From Hormiphora californensis (taxonomy: Eukaryota; Animalia; Ctenophora): a DNA stretch of 64,000 bases. The position numbers and the translations under genes are program-made. Shown here one piece after another: positions 25,431-37,942 of the stretch (its first letter is position 1; the number at the start of each line of letters is the position of its first letter). The DNA lies in contig CM035357.1 of NCBI GenBank assembly GCA_020137815.1, positions 4,278,001 to 4,342,000 of the forward strand, given 5' to 3'. The notes beneath the pieces were generated by a model. That model was not told the origin of the DNA, made no database searches, and worked only from the letters and a program-made list of their open reading frames with translations.

Positions 25431-27066
25431 AACAATAAACCCAGCAGCGGATGACAAAAAGATAACAGATCTATAATACAACCGGCTAATTGTGAGCTCC
25501 AGTGGCAAGAGTGATAGCTATGGCAAAATAGGGAAGGAAGTTCAAGGTACACCTATTTTGACAGGGCATCTCGGGTTTCTAAGGTGTCGGATGTCACAGC
25601 AGCAGCAGTGTAAATTAATAACTGTTTAAACAAACTACAACTGATTGTGTAAAAAAGGTTAGAAGAATTCGAAATGATCTTTCTAACTTCCGAGTTTCTA
25701 TCTTATATCACACACAAACCACTATTAGTTTCGAAAAATTATACTTTAGACACAGCAATGTGGCGCCATTTCTTCAAAAATTTCCTAAAACTTGAGTTCT
25801 ATATAGAGCTTGATGCCCTCTTTCCAACGAGCCCGGAAGAAGCAATTTGAAGAAATGGCAGAGATTACTCATTACGTCCAAAAACGTCTAAATGTTGTGC
25901 TAAAAATGTAAATGTAAATGTAAATGTAATATAATCATTTATATATACCACTTTATAGTGTAAAATAATGGAGCACGCACCAACAGCCTACGCTTGACAT
26001 ACTCTCTCACTTTCAAAAGTGGTACAGATACAAAACACGAGCATAACAAAACACGAACATACAAACACGAACATAAACACGAACATACAAAATACGAAAA
26101 TACAAATCACGAACATATACCACGAACATTCAAAACACGATCATAACAGTTACTAGAACATCGGGACAAATAAATAGTCAATAGACCAACAAATCAACCC
26201 ACCGACAAACAAATAGACCAACTAATCAACCCACCGACAGACCACCAAAGTCAAACAAACTGTACAAATAATGCAAACAATAAATAAATAAATTAGCTGT
26301 CCTTCAAACATGCAGTCCTGTACACGGGGAACCGTGTGCATATATTTATACCGCAGTGCTTGCCAGCAAAAAGTCACTTTTAAAAGTTTGTGACTTTAAA
26401 GGGCGCCGTTACGATCTGGGTATTTGGTGGCCTGTTTACAGGTGCACGCTTCCAAAAAAGTTGATTCACTAAAATGGCTCTAACCGCCAAACCACTCAAC
26501 CGTTTTGGCCAATAGGGATCCCTAAAAAAGTTCAGAGTTTACACAGAGTTTACACAGTCTTTACTCAGTCATTACACCCAGAGCGGCGCGTGCTGCGCGT
26601 TTCTTGATTTCCGCGCGGGTTCTTTTTGCGCGTACCAAATACTCTCGCGCAACTGGCAAGTTGATTGTTATAACGATTTGGTTACCGCGCGCTACATGAA
26701 CGTACAGAGCGAGCGTTGAGATACAACCCCTTGTGCTGTTGCACATAAAAAAATAATAGTATGAACAATACAAACAACTCCCGTTGGCGGTTGTGCTGTT
26801 GCAATGAACAATACAAGTTGGCGGCCGTTGTTGTTTCTCTCGCACCAAAGATTGAAGCGACAATTGATCATCGCTATTTGCTACCGTCCCAGGCCACTGC
26901 ACTGTGTAACCACCGATAAATCAATGTTTGTAACAAATTTAAATACGAGTAATTTTGTCGAGTTAATAGAATTATGCTCATAACAACAATATTAATCACA
27001 TTACTAAAAGAAAGAGATGTCAGATGGGCGAAGAAGTATTAGTTTTTTATCGTGGTCAACATTTAA

Positions 27067-27535
27067 AGTGAGAGTGGACCGAATCAGAATCAGACAAGTT
27101 TGTTGTAGGTAGTAGAGATTAGCTTTCTGAGCATTTTGCGTTTTTGCCGCTCAAAATCGACCCACCCATCACTGAGATATTTTTGTTATGTTGGGAGAAC
27201 TCCTGTTTAATCAGTATGTATAAAACAGAAAAGAAACAATCGTGGTGTTTTACTAACACATTCTGAATATAAGCAGTGAGGTTGACATGTCCATGCACAG
27301 AAGCAGGGCAATGCAAGCCAGGATATTCAAAATTTAAAGAATGTGTTAGTAAAACACAAGGATTGTTTCTATCCTGTTTGATAAATATTGATCCAGCAGG
27401 AATTCTCCCAACATAACAAAGATATCTCAGTGATGGGTGGGTCGATTTTGAGCGGCAAAAACGCAAAATGCTCAGAAAGCTAATCTCTACTACCTACAAC
27501 AATTTTATCCAATTCTGATTCGGTCCACTCTCACT
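27067..27535. mobile_element. Kolobok-like foldback MITE (TTAA TSD, AG..CT ends)
   Basis: ttaa-agtgagagtggaccgaatcagaat ... attctgattcggtccactctcact-ttaa. Confidence 0.85.
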
Positions 27536-27639
27536 TTAAAATGAGTACGGAAAACAATGAAAGTTCAAATATTTCAAACACTCATTCAAGGGCTTCGCCA
27601 ACACAGGAATAATCCCGTTATGACAGGCGACACCCAGAG

Positions 27640-28880
<1,241 letters not shown>

Positions 28881-29060
28881 GGGTTATTATTTATTGTCTC
28901 CCGGTAAATCAGGGTCCAACTGTAGCATCCGGAGAACGCCCGTCGCCCAATATCATAATAATATCTTTCGCTTTCCTTCAAAACCGGGCCGTTTGAAAAT
29001 TACAGTCGAAGTACATCTTTGATGGGCTATATCTTACTATCATAGGTAGGCTATATATAC

Positions 29061-29310
29061 GGGCGCCGCTACGATCTGGGTGTTTGGAGGCCTGTTTACA
29101 GGTGCGCGCTGCCATAAAAGTTGATTCACTAAAATGGCTCTAACCGCCAAACCACTCAACCGTTTTGGCTGATTCAAAGTTTATCTGGTAGGGAATGTCA
29201 AGGCCTTACCCCAACCCCAACCCCAACCCTAACCCTAACCCTACTTTAGCCCTAACCCTAAAAAACCGTTTGTCAGCACTCCCAAAACACCCAGATTTTA
29301 ACGCTGGCCC
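29061..29310. mobile_element. GGGC-ended MITE carrying (CCCTAA)-like repeats
   Basis: gggcgccgctacgatctggg..cccagattttaacgctggccc; fragments at 26401-26511 plus 29781-29890 and in 45360-46335. Confidence 0.7.
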
Positions 29311-29587
29311 TATATATACTTATAGCTGTGTATGTACCCAGATTGTAATCTATCTAGCTGAGGCCTTGAGAGTTTGAATTGAACGCTTTTCTCAAATCTT
29401 TAGTAGCTTTTCCACTTTAAAAAATTAAAAAACCTATATTTTTAGAGCGCACTGAATATTAAAAATTTAGCAGCGTTGTTACCATATTTTTTAGCCGCAG
29501 CGCGTAAAACACTCATGATTGCAGTGAAAACACCAAAACGCGCAGCACGCGCCGCTCTGGGTGTAATGACTGAGTAAAGACTGTGTA

Positions 29588-29739
29588 TACTCCATTTTTT
29601 TTCAACTGTTCACCCCCCAAAGTCGTGCGCGGAATTGTTTTGCGCGTTTATCACATGTTAACGTGTAGCGCGCGCCACCCAAATTCTAATTTTTATTAAA
29701 TTTCAGTTTTTGGGTGAACAGTTGAAAAAAAATGGACTT
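29588..29739. mobile_element. ~150-bp AAGTC..GACTT MITE, TA TSD
   Basis: Splits the ISL2EU TIR at a TA; family copies at ~35254-35405, 35446-35595, 40780-40930 and 45179-45312. Confidence 0.8.
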
Positions 29740-30969
29740 TAAACTCTGTGTAAACTCTGAACTTTTTTAGGGATCCCTATTCAAAGTTTATCTGGTAGGA
29801 AATGTCAAGGCCTAACCCCACCCAAACCCCAACCCTAAACCTAACCTTACTTTAGCCCTAACCCTAAGAGACCGTTTGTCAGCACTCACTAAAGTCGAAT
29901 TTTTAATGAGTGTCGCGTGGCGCGCACCAAATTTAGTGCGCGTCCACGGAATTTCGCGAAATCGAGCAAGCCATGGCCGCCAGAAATTTGACATGTCGGC
30001 GACATTGTCGCGTTGGATGAGGAGATTTCTTTGTTCTCCAAGAGAACAAAGGAATCTCCTCATTTGTCAGTTTGTTCTCTGTTCCCTTCAGGCATGATCA
30101 GACGTGTTGAGTTGTCCTCTTTGACATATGCTCCTTGCTCTTTGTCCCTGTGCGAGCCCACTGATATACTATATCTCTGAAAAGACTTAGCAGGTATGAA
30201 AATCGTTCTGATTCTGTCTGGCATCGCCGACCCGATCTGAGCATACTGTCAGTGTCAAAATGGGTTCTGGCGCCGCCAGAAAGTTCTGATTTGGAACTTG
30301 AACCCAATTTTTCAACACAAACATTTTTCAACACAAACATGGCGAGTGACGACAGTCTCTTGCTAAAAACAGGGCAACTCGAATGTTGCTTTTTTGGTTT
30401 TGGATAGGATAATTGTCACTGCTTCGGCTGTCGACCTCATAAATACCTGTTGGTAACAATCTTAACCCTTTCAGGCAGGATTACCTGTGGCTATCGAGGT
30501 GGATCTAAAGACGGAAATTATTACGTTATGCCGTGAATTCCACAGTCAAGTCTCGACGGTGTTTTCGGTGGTCCACCCCTCTGCTGTATCCTAATAAACA
30601 ACCATTATTACCAGGTAACAAGAAAGAACATGTTTATTTGTCTCATGTTCCTGACTAATTATTCTTATTTATTGCCAACACTACATGATGCATAGGGCCT
30701 AGCCCTTTGTACACTCTCACCCTGTGTGATGTGAGCTATAGAAAGTATGGACAGGGTGGAGAGAGTGGAGAGAGAAAAATGGAGAGCTGAGAGGGTGGAG
30801 AGAGAATGGAGTGAGAAAAATGGAGAGCTGAGAGGGTAGAGAGAGAGAGAGAATAGAGAGAAAATGGAGAGCTGAGATGGTGGAGAGAGAATGGAGGATG
30901 GATTTATTTTGTAAATTTGTAACCCTCCCCTCTATTTCTTGATTCTCGGGCGAATTCTAACCCTCACTC

Positions 30970-31855
30970 CTACCCCAGGCATTTTACTGATATCGGGATG
31001 GCTAATGTTGGATTCAGTTTCAAACCTCTATCGATTACAGTATTCTTCATATTTGGTAAGAAAACGCTCTCATTAATAACAATTATTGGGGTGTGCACAG
31101 ACTGCCCAAGCTTGACCATGCCCATATGTGGGCAAGATTTTGACCAAGTCGCACAGACTGACCAAACTTGGTCATTTGACCAAGCTTGTAGAGTAAAAAC
31201 TGAAACTAATTCATTACATAATGACCCCATTTACAACTTTTCACCTGGAAATGATAGATGCTTATGTGAGGGCACTTTTCCGACTAATTAAGATACGCTG
31301 AATCACGTAAGCAACTTTTCCAGAGGTCGATAAAGTGCCCCAATGAAGTATAATTGGCCTTAATTGTTGAATTAAGGTACTTTCCCGACCTCTGAGGGAT
31401 TGTAAAGGTCGCTTACGTGATTCACCGTATAGTCGGAATAGTGCCCTCGCATAAGCATCTATTTTTTCCAGGCGAAAAGTTGTAAATGGGGTCATTAAGA
31501 CCCAAATATAGTCAATTAGGACACTTTTCCGATCTCGGCCGGATTGGAAAAGTTGCTAACGTTGTTCAGCGTATCAAAATTAGTAGGGTTCAGTGGTTTT
31601 CGATATGTTATGAATTAGTTTCAGTTTTTACTCTCCAAGCTTGGTCAAATGACCAAGTTTGGTCAAAATCTTGCCCACATATGGGCATGGTCAAGCATGG
31701 GGAGTCTGTGCACGCCCTTGGCCGACTGCTACTAGAATCTTGGGCCCAAGATTTTACAATTTGGCCTAGAAATGGATGGGTTATGACCAAAACTGTAAAA
31801 ATTGTGTCCAAATTAAGGCAAAACTTACCGCTTACCGCTCAGAATACGTAGGGTA
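30970..31855. mobile_element. Imperfect foldback element with nested inverted repeats
   Basis: 31092-31215 mirrors ~31609-31714; 31220-31300 mirrors ~31420-31495. Confidence 0.7.
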
Positions 31856-34268
31856 CAATGGACTCCGTACAATGGACTCCGTACAATGGACTCCGTAGAC
31901 GAAAGCCTAAGCTACTTGCCAGGCAAAATGCACTAAAAGAGAAGGGTGAAGTGGATAAAGCTGTTGAAGTGGGGAAAGAGATTGAAGCCGTGATGTCTCA
32001 AATAGAACTGATAATGGTGGAGGACCGTCAGCGAAAGGAAGACGCAGCTGTGCAGAGAATCAAGGTCCAGCCGAATTACTTTTACTCGTATGCTAAGTCA
32101 TTCTCGAAGTCACGCTCCCGGATTCCTCTTATGTACGGGTTTGATGACGAACTGACTTCCAGTGACCAGAGTATTGCTGATATACTACAGGATCAGTTCT
32201 GTCTAAACTTTAGCAATCCGTTAAACCCTGATGTAGTTGAACCTTCTTTCGTCCCTCCTCAGATAAAAGTTCCCGAACCTTGTCTTACTCCTACTCCTCA
32301 GCTTATGCTCAAGGCGCTCTCTGAGCTCAAACCTGATTCGAGCCCTGGGCCTGATGGAGTACCGGCCATGTTACTGAAAGAATGTGCTGAAGAACTCTCT
32401 TCCCCGCTGACTCTACTCTGGGCAGAGTCATTCACTACCGGTATCTGCCCAAAGTTCTACAAGCAGGGAAACGTCACCCCTCTTTTTAAAAAAGGTGACA
32501 AAGCCAGAGCTTGTAACTACCGACCAGTTACTCTGACTTCCCACGTTGTTAAATGCTATGAGAGAGTAATGAGGGACCATATGGTGGAATTCCTAGAAAG
32601 TAACGATATGTTCACCAACCAACAGCACGGCTTCCGAGGGGGTCGGTCATGTCTCAGCCAGCTTCTTGCACACTATGACCAGATGTATCAATGCTTGTTT
32701 GATAATGCTGAAGCGGATACCATCTATTTGGATTTTAGTAAGGCGTTTGATCGGGTGGATCTACGTCTGCTAATGAGGAAACTGAGGCGGTATGGATTCT
32801 CTGAGGGAGTCTGTAAGTGGATCGAATCATTTCTGACTGATCGGACACAGACAGTTGTAGTTTCTGGCACAAAATCCGGTGTCAGAATCATCATCAGTGG
32901 AGTCCCGCAAGGAACTGTCCTGGGGCCGTTACTATTTCTCATTTTTGTGAACGACCTACCAGACTGTGTGAAACACTCCATTGTCAGCCTGTTTGCCGAT
33001 GATACGCGGCTGGGGAAGAGAATATCAACAGTAGCAGACTGCCTTCTCTTACAAGAAGACCTAACAGCTGTAACACGGTGGGCCGAGTCTAATAATATGC
33101 TTTTGAATGAGAAGAAATATGAACTGATCAGTCATCGTATCAGGGTAGACTCCTTCCTGCAACAGCTCCCGTTCTTTGCTGAACTATCTACATACACAAC
33201 TAACAGCGGGCATACCCTGGAAGCATCTCCATGGGTTAGAGACCTCGGTGTTATTGTAGATGCTGGAATGACGTGGTCGGAGCACATAGGAAGAACTGTA
33301 TCCAGGGCTCGGCAGACGTGTGGATGGACACTCAGCGTCTTTAAAAGTCGTGACAGAACAGTCATGCTTACCCTGTACAAATCACTCATACGATCCATAC
33401 TCGACTATTGCAGCCCACTATGGGCGCCAGTAGCTATTGGCCAGATACAGCTGGTTGAGTCGGTACAACGAACATTTACCTCCCGTATTTCAAATATGGG
33501 AGAACTGAACTACTGGGAGAGACTCAAGGACTTGCATCTCATGTCCATTCAGCGACGCCACGAACGTTATTTCATGATCTATATGTTCAAGCTAAGGATG
33601 AGTCTAGTACCAAATGACATTGGGATCATAATTGAAGATACCGGTCGTTGCGGATTTAAGGCTAGGGTACCCGCTCTGCCTGTTTCCAAGTCTGCTAAAA
33701 TCCAGGTCTCCTTTTCCACCAGAGGTCCTAAGCTATGGAACTGCCTGCCTAAATCGGTCCGAGATCAGACTGAGATGGAGAAATTTAAGTCCGAGCTAGG
33801 CGCTTTTCTGGCCCAAATTCCAGACGAGCCACCAACACCTGGGTATGTGCGGGCGAATAACAACTCAGTGTTGGATTGGACCATGGGAGGTCGATGGAAA
33901 TTCGATAGAACTGTATGGGCATTGTGAGTGACACTAAATCTTGGTGCTTAGGCACTGTGGTGTGGTCAATGGGCACGAGCTTGCTCGCTTGTTTCATTAT
34001 CTTTATAATGTTACATTAATGCCTACGCTACATTGAAGAGGGTGCGTCCGCGAAACTCCGGCCACCTGAAGAAAGAAGAGACGAGAGTGTTGGGCGTAGA
34101 TTTCGTTAAAATGAATTGCGTTTAAGTTTTTAATTTAATTTTATTAAACTAATAATCGAACTTTTGTACTGTAAAATAAAGTCAGTTTTAAATGTGTGTT
34201 CTTGAGAGGTGGTCATGTTTTGTTGATAGCCTTAATTATTTTTCAAGTTTCAAGTTTCAAGTTTCAAG
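31853..34268 (+). mobile_element. 5'-truncated non-LTR retrotransposon (CR1/L2-group LINE)
   Basis: RT ORF, 3' UTR and (tttcaag)4 tail at 34241-34268. Confidence 0.9.
31858..33927 (+). CDS. LINE ORF2 reverse transcriptase (endonuclease missing)
   Basis: 689-aa uninterrupted ORF with SPGPDG, NYRPVTLTS, QHGFR, YLDFSKAFD, GVPQGTVLGPLLF, FADD and RDLGV motifs. Confidence 0.93.
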   Translation: MDSVQWTPYNGLRRRKPKLLARQNALKEKGEVDKAVEVGKEIEAVMSQIELIMVEDRQRKEDAAVQRIKVQPNYFYSYAKSFSKSRSRIPLMYGFDDELTSSDQSIADILQDQFCLNFSNPLNPDVVEPSFVPPQIKVPEPCLTPTPQLMLKALSELKPDSSPGPDGVPAMLLKECAEELSSPLTLLWAESFTTGICPKFYKQGNVTPLFKKGDKARACNYRPVTLTSHVVKCYERVMRDHMVEFLESNDMFTNQQHGFRGGRSCLSQLLAHYDQMYQCLFDNAEADTIYLDFSKAFDRVDLRLLMRKLRRYGFSEGVCKWIESFLTDRTQTVVVSGTKSGVRIIISGVPQGTVLGPLLFLIFVNDLPDCVKHSIVSLFADDTRLGKRISTVADCLLLQEDLTAVTRWAESNNMLLNEKKYELISHRIRVDSFLQQLPFFAELSTYTTNSGHTLEASPWVRDLGVIVDAGMTWSEHIGRTVSRARQTCGWTLSVFKSRDRTVMLTLYKSLIRSILDYCSPLWAPVAIGQIQLVESVQRTFTSRISNMGELNYWERLKDLHLMSIQRRHERYFMIYMFKLRMSLVPNDIGIIIEDTGRCGFKARVPALPVSKSAKIQVSFSTRGPKLWNCLPKSVRDQTEMEKFKSELGAFLAQIPDEPPTPGYVRANNNSVLDWTMGGRWKFDRTVWAL

Positions 34269-34786
34269 GGTGCTTTATTAAAAGTGATATCATTCTCCCC
34301 CCCCCCTCTCTCTCTCTGCCCCTTGATCTTCTCTATTACTCTCACAACAAATTAATTCTCTCAGGAAAGATCATGACAGACTATCACTTGGACGTGTAGC
34401 AATATCTGGATTTAAAGGCCGTGAGAGAAGATTGAAGAGGGCATCTAATCCTGGAAGTTGGAACTGGGAAGAGTTTCTTAAACTTATCAGTATAACAGAG
34501 AGGTGCAGGTGTGAACTTTGTGACTCTACTGTTAATTTACAGGGAGTGATTAACCGATATGATGCTTTTGTAATGTTCTATTATCCCGGAATCTTGTATG
34601 TGTAAGGTCTGAGCGTGTGTAAAATCGATTTGTTATTGTTATTGTTATATTGGGAACTCTTTTTCTTAAACACATACAAAGAAAATTGTCGTTGAATCAT
34701 CAAAAACATCGATATCTCACTCTATAATATATTCCTATCTTTCTTTATCTCTCTCTCTCTCACACACTCTCTCTCTCTCACACACA

Positions 34787-34846
<60 letters not shown>

Positions 34847-36192
34847 TAGTCTCTCTCTCTCTCTGTAGTCTCTCTCTCTCTCTCTCTAGTCTCTCTCTCT
34901 AGTCTCTCTCTCACGATCACGCCACACTTTATCTGAAAAATATATTATTTGATCGCTAATTGTGTACAATGTTACAGCTGCAGCTGTTGTGTGTACAAGG
35001 GTCGGTCACTAGAATGTTGATCGTACAACTCCTAACACATGACAGTAACGTGACTTCATTATACCATATTTGGTCATCACCTGATGCGTTCTATACCCTT
35101 CCCGCCACTTACTGTGTGTAAGCGGCCGCGCGGCAGGTTTGCGCGCAACGCGTTGCAACGAAGGGTTCTTCGCGCGAAATTGAACCCTTCCGACGCGCAA
35201 ATCCAAATCGCGCGGCTTTTTAAAAAACGACACTCATTAAAAATTCGACTTTAAAGTCCATTTTTTTTCAACTGTTCACCCCCCAAAGTCGTGCGCGGAA
35301 TTGTTTTGCGCGTTTATCACATGTTAACGTGTAGCACGCGCAGCGTAAATTAAAATATTGCACGCGCATGAGTTGAGGGGTGAACAGTTGAATAAAAATG
35401 GACTTTAAACAGAAAACACCCAGATTTCAACGCTGGTCGACTCAAAGTCGGATTTTTTGAAACTGTCACCCCAAAATGACCGCGCATGTGAAATTTATCA
35501 ATTTTGACGCGCACACCACACGTTAACATGTGATGTGACGCGCAAAAACATTCCGCGCACGAAAAGGGGGGTGACAGTTTCAAAAATCCGACTTTCACTT
35601 GCGAGCCGCGTTTTAGACACGCAACGCGCGGCGTTGTAAATCCTGCGCGGCTCCCATTATGCAGCGTTTTGGTAATAAACTTTTTGGCGCTCAATTTTAT
35701 TCGAGTGTGCAGGGCCAGCGTTAAAATCTGGGTTGGAATGCGCTGCAGCCCCCTCATGCGCGCACCCCCGCAACGAGGGGACTGGAGGGAATGCCGCGCG
35801 CGCGTTTGGCCTGAGCCTGGCTGGGTCGAAAATAACTTTGCGGTCGAAAAAACGGCGGTGCTTATAACTTTGGCCCCTGAAGTCCGTTTTGCTTGATTCT
35901 TTCACTAGCTGTTAGATCTGACAATTATCTGTCTGGCGGCGCCAGACCCCAATTTGATTCTCAAATTGGGGTCTGGTGTCACAGTTTTGAAGTGCGTGAG
36001 CTGCGTGAGAACGCGCACACAGAATCTTAGCGCAGAGAATGCTACAATATGTCGTTCGCGCGTTACATAGAACAGGCCACTTATAGGAAGATTAGTGTTT
36101 TAGAGAAAGTGTGTGAGAGAGAGTGAGTGTGGGAGAGAGAGAGAAACTAGAGATCCTCTAGAGAGGCCTCTCTTGTTATCAATTTGACACCT

Positions 36193-36251
<59 letters not shown>

Positions 36252-36454
36252 TAGAGTGTGAGTGAAAGAAACCATTGACTATGACCTCCCACGCCCCAGA
36301 CGTGCCTCCCCCCCCCCCCCCCCCCCCCCATACACAGTTACCACCCCGTCCGCCTTTATACAACAATATGAAATTAAAACAACTCAATTTATTACCAAAA
36401 AAGTTACCAAACAAATGTTTACCAATTACCAGGAAGATGGATAAAGTTTTTAAC

Positions 36455-36499
<45 letters not shown>

Positions 36500-36950
36500 C
36501 CCACTTTCGTCTCTCACTCTCTCCTTCCCTCCCTTGAGCTACAGGAAATTAATCGAAACATTTATCGAAACTAGTTTAGAATATTTCAAGATGTATCACT
36601 GTCAAACACTTTCGCACACATCTCTCCACAGATCAAGATATATCTATATAGGAAACTAACAATATGGGAATATGTCATCTCGATCCGATATACCGGGCAA
36701 AACCCTTTCCCCAAAACAGTGTTTGTGTTGTTCATTTTGAATGGTTTTTGCTCGAGCTTTCTTCGATGGAATTTGCTGATAAATGCTGCAGTGAAGATTT
36801 GGTACAGCAATATTTTCGTCCGGCAGCGTCACAATGGGGCGTGGGCTGTTTGTTTCATCTTTCCGTATTGTACTTCTCAGCTCAGAAAATGCCTGTAACC
36901 AAGATACTGTTAGGGGAGTTAAGGGCAATTGGATTGGGGAAGATAAAAAC

Positions 36951-37942
36951 AGGGGCTAGAAACAGGGATGGTGAGGGGGTGTCTGGGGTTAGAAACAGGG
37001 ATGGTGAGGGGGTGTCTGGGGTTAGAAACAGGGATGGTGAGGGGGTGTCTGGGGTTAGAAACAGGGATGGTGAGGGGGTGTCTGGGGTTAGAAACAGGGA
37101 TGGTAAGGGGGTGTCTGGGGTTAGAAACAGGGATGGTAAGGGGGTGTCTGGGGTTAGAAACAGGGATGGTGAGGGGGTGTCTGGGGTTAGAAACAGGGAT
37201 GGTGAGGGGGTGTCTGGGGTTAGAAACAGGGATGGTGAGGGGGTGTCTGGGGTTAGAAACAGGGATGGTGAGGGGGTGTCTGGGGTTAGAAACAGGGATG
37301 GTGAGGGGGTGTCTGGGGTTAGAAACAGGGATGGTGAGGGGGTGTCTGGGGTTAGAAACAGGGATGGTGAGGGGGTGTCTGGGGTTAGAAACAGGGATGG
37401 TGAGGGGGTGTCTGGGGTTAGAAACAGGGATGGTGAGGGGGTGTCTGGGGTTAGAAACAGGGATGGTGAGGGGGTGTCTGGGGTTAGAAACAGGGATGGT
37501 GAGGGGGTGTCTGGGGTTAGAAACAGGGATGGTAAGGGGGTGTCTGGGGCTAGAAACAGGGATGGTGAGGGGGTGTCTGGGGTTAGAAACAGGGATGGTG
37601 AGGGGGTGTCTGGGGTTAGAAACAGGGATGGTGAGGGGGTGTCTGGGGTTAGAAACAGGGATGGTGAGGGGGTGTCTGGGGTTAGAAACAGGGATGGTAA
37701 GGGGGTGTCTGGGGTTAGAAACAGGGATGGTAAGGGGGTGTCTGGGGTTAGAAACAGGGATGGTGAGGGGGTGTCTGGGGTTAGAAACAGGGATGGTGAG
37801 GGGGTGTCTGGGGTTAGAAACAGGGATGGTGAGGGGGTGTCTGGGGTTAGAAACAGGGATGGTGAGGGGGTGTCTGGGGTTAGAAACAGGGATGGTGAGG
37901 GGGTGTCTGGGGTTAGAAACAGGGATGGTGAGGGGGTGTCTG
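36951..37942. repeat. 33-bp minisatellite (gggttagaaacagggatggtgagggggtgtctg), ~30 copies
   Basis: Highly homogeneous array; explains ORFs 36664-37971. Confidence 0.97.

Noticed and set aside
23245-25508. Gly/Pro/Lys/Phe-rich ORFs
   Set aside because: Products of homopolymer-garbled sequence.
29205-29262. (CCCTAA)-like repeats as an interstitial telomere
   Set aside because: Only a few units, always inside the same MITE family.
30339-34606. Possible plus-strand gene with the LINE in its intron (open stretch 34365-34606)
   Set aside because: Upstream candidate exons contain stops and no family is recognisable.
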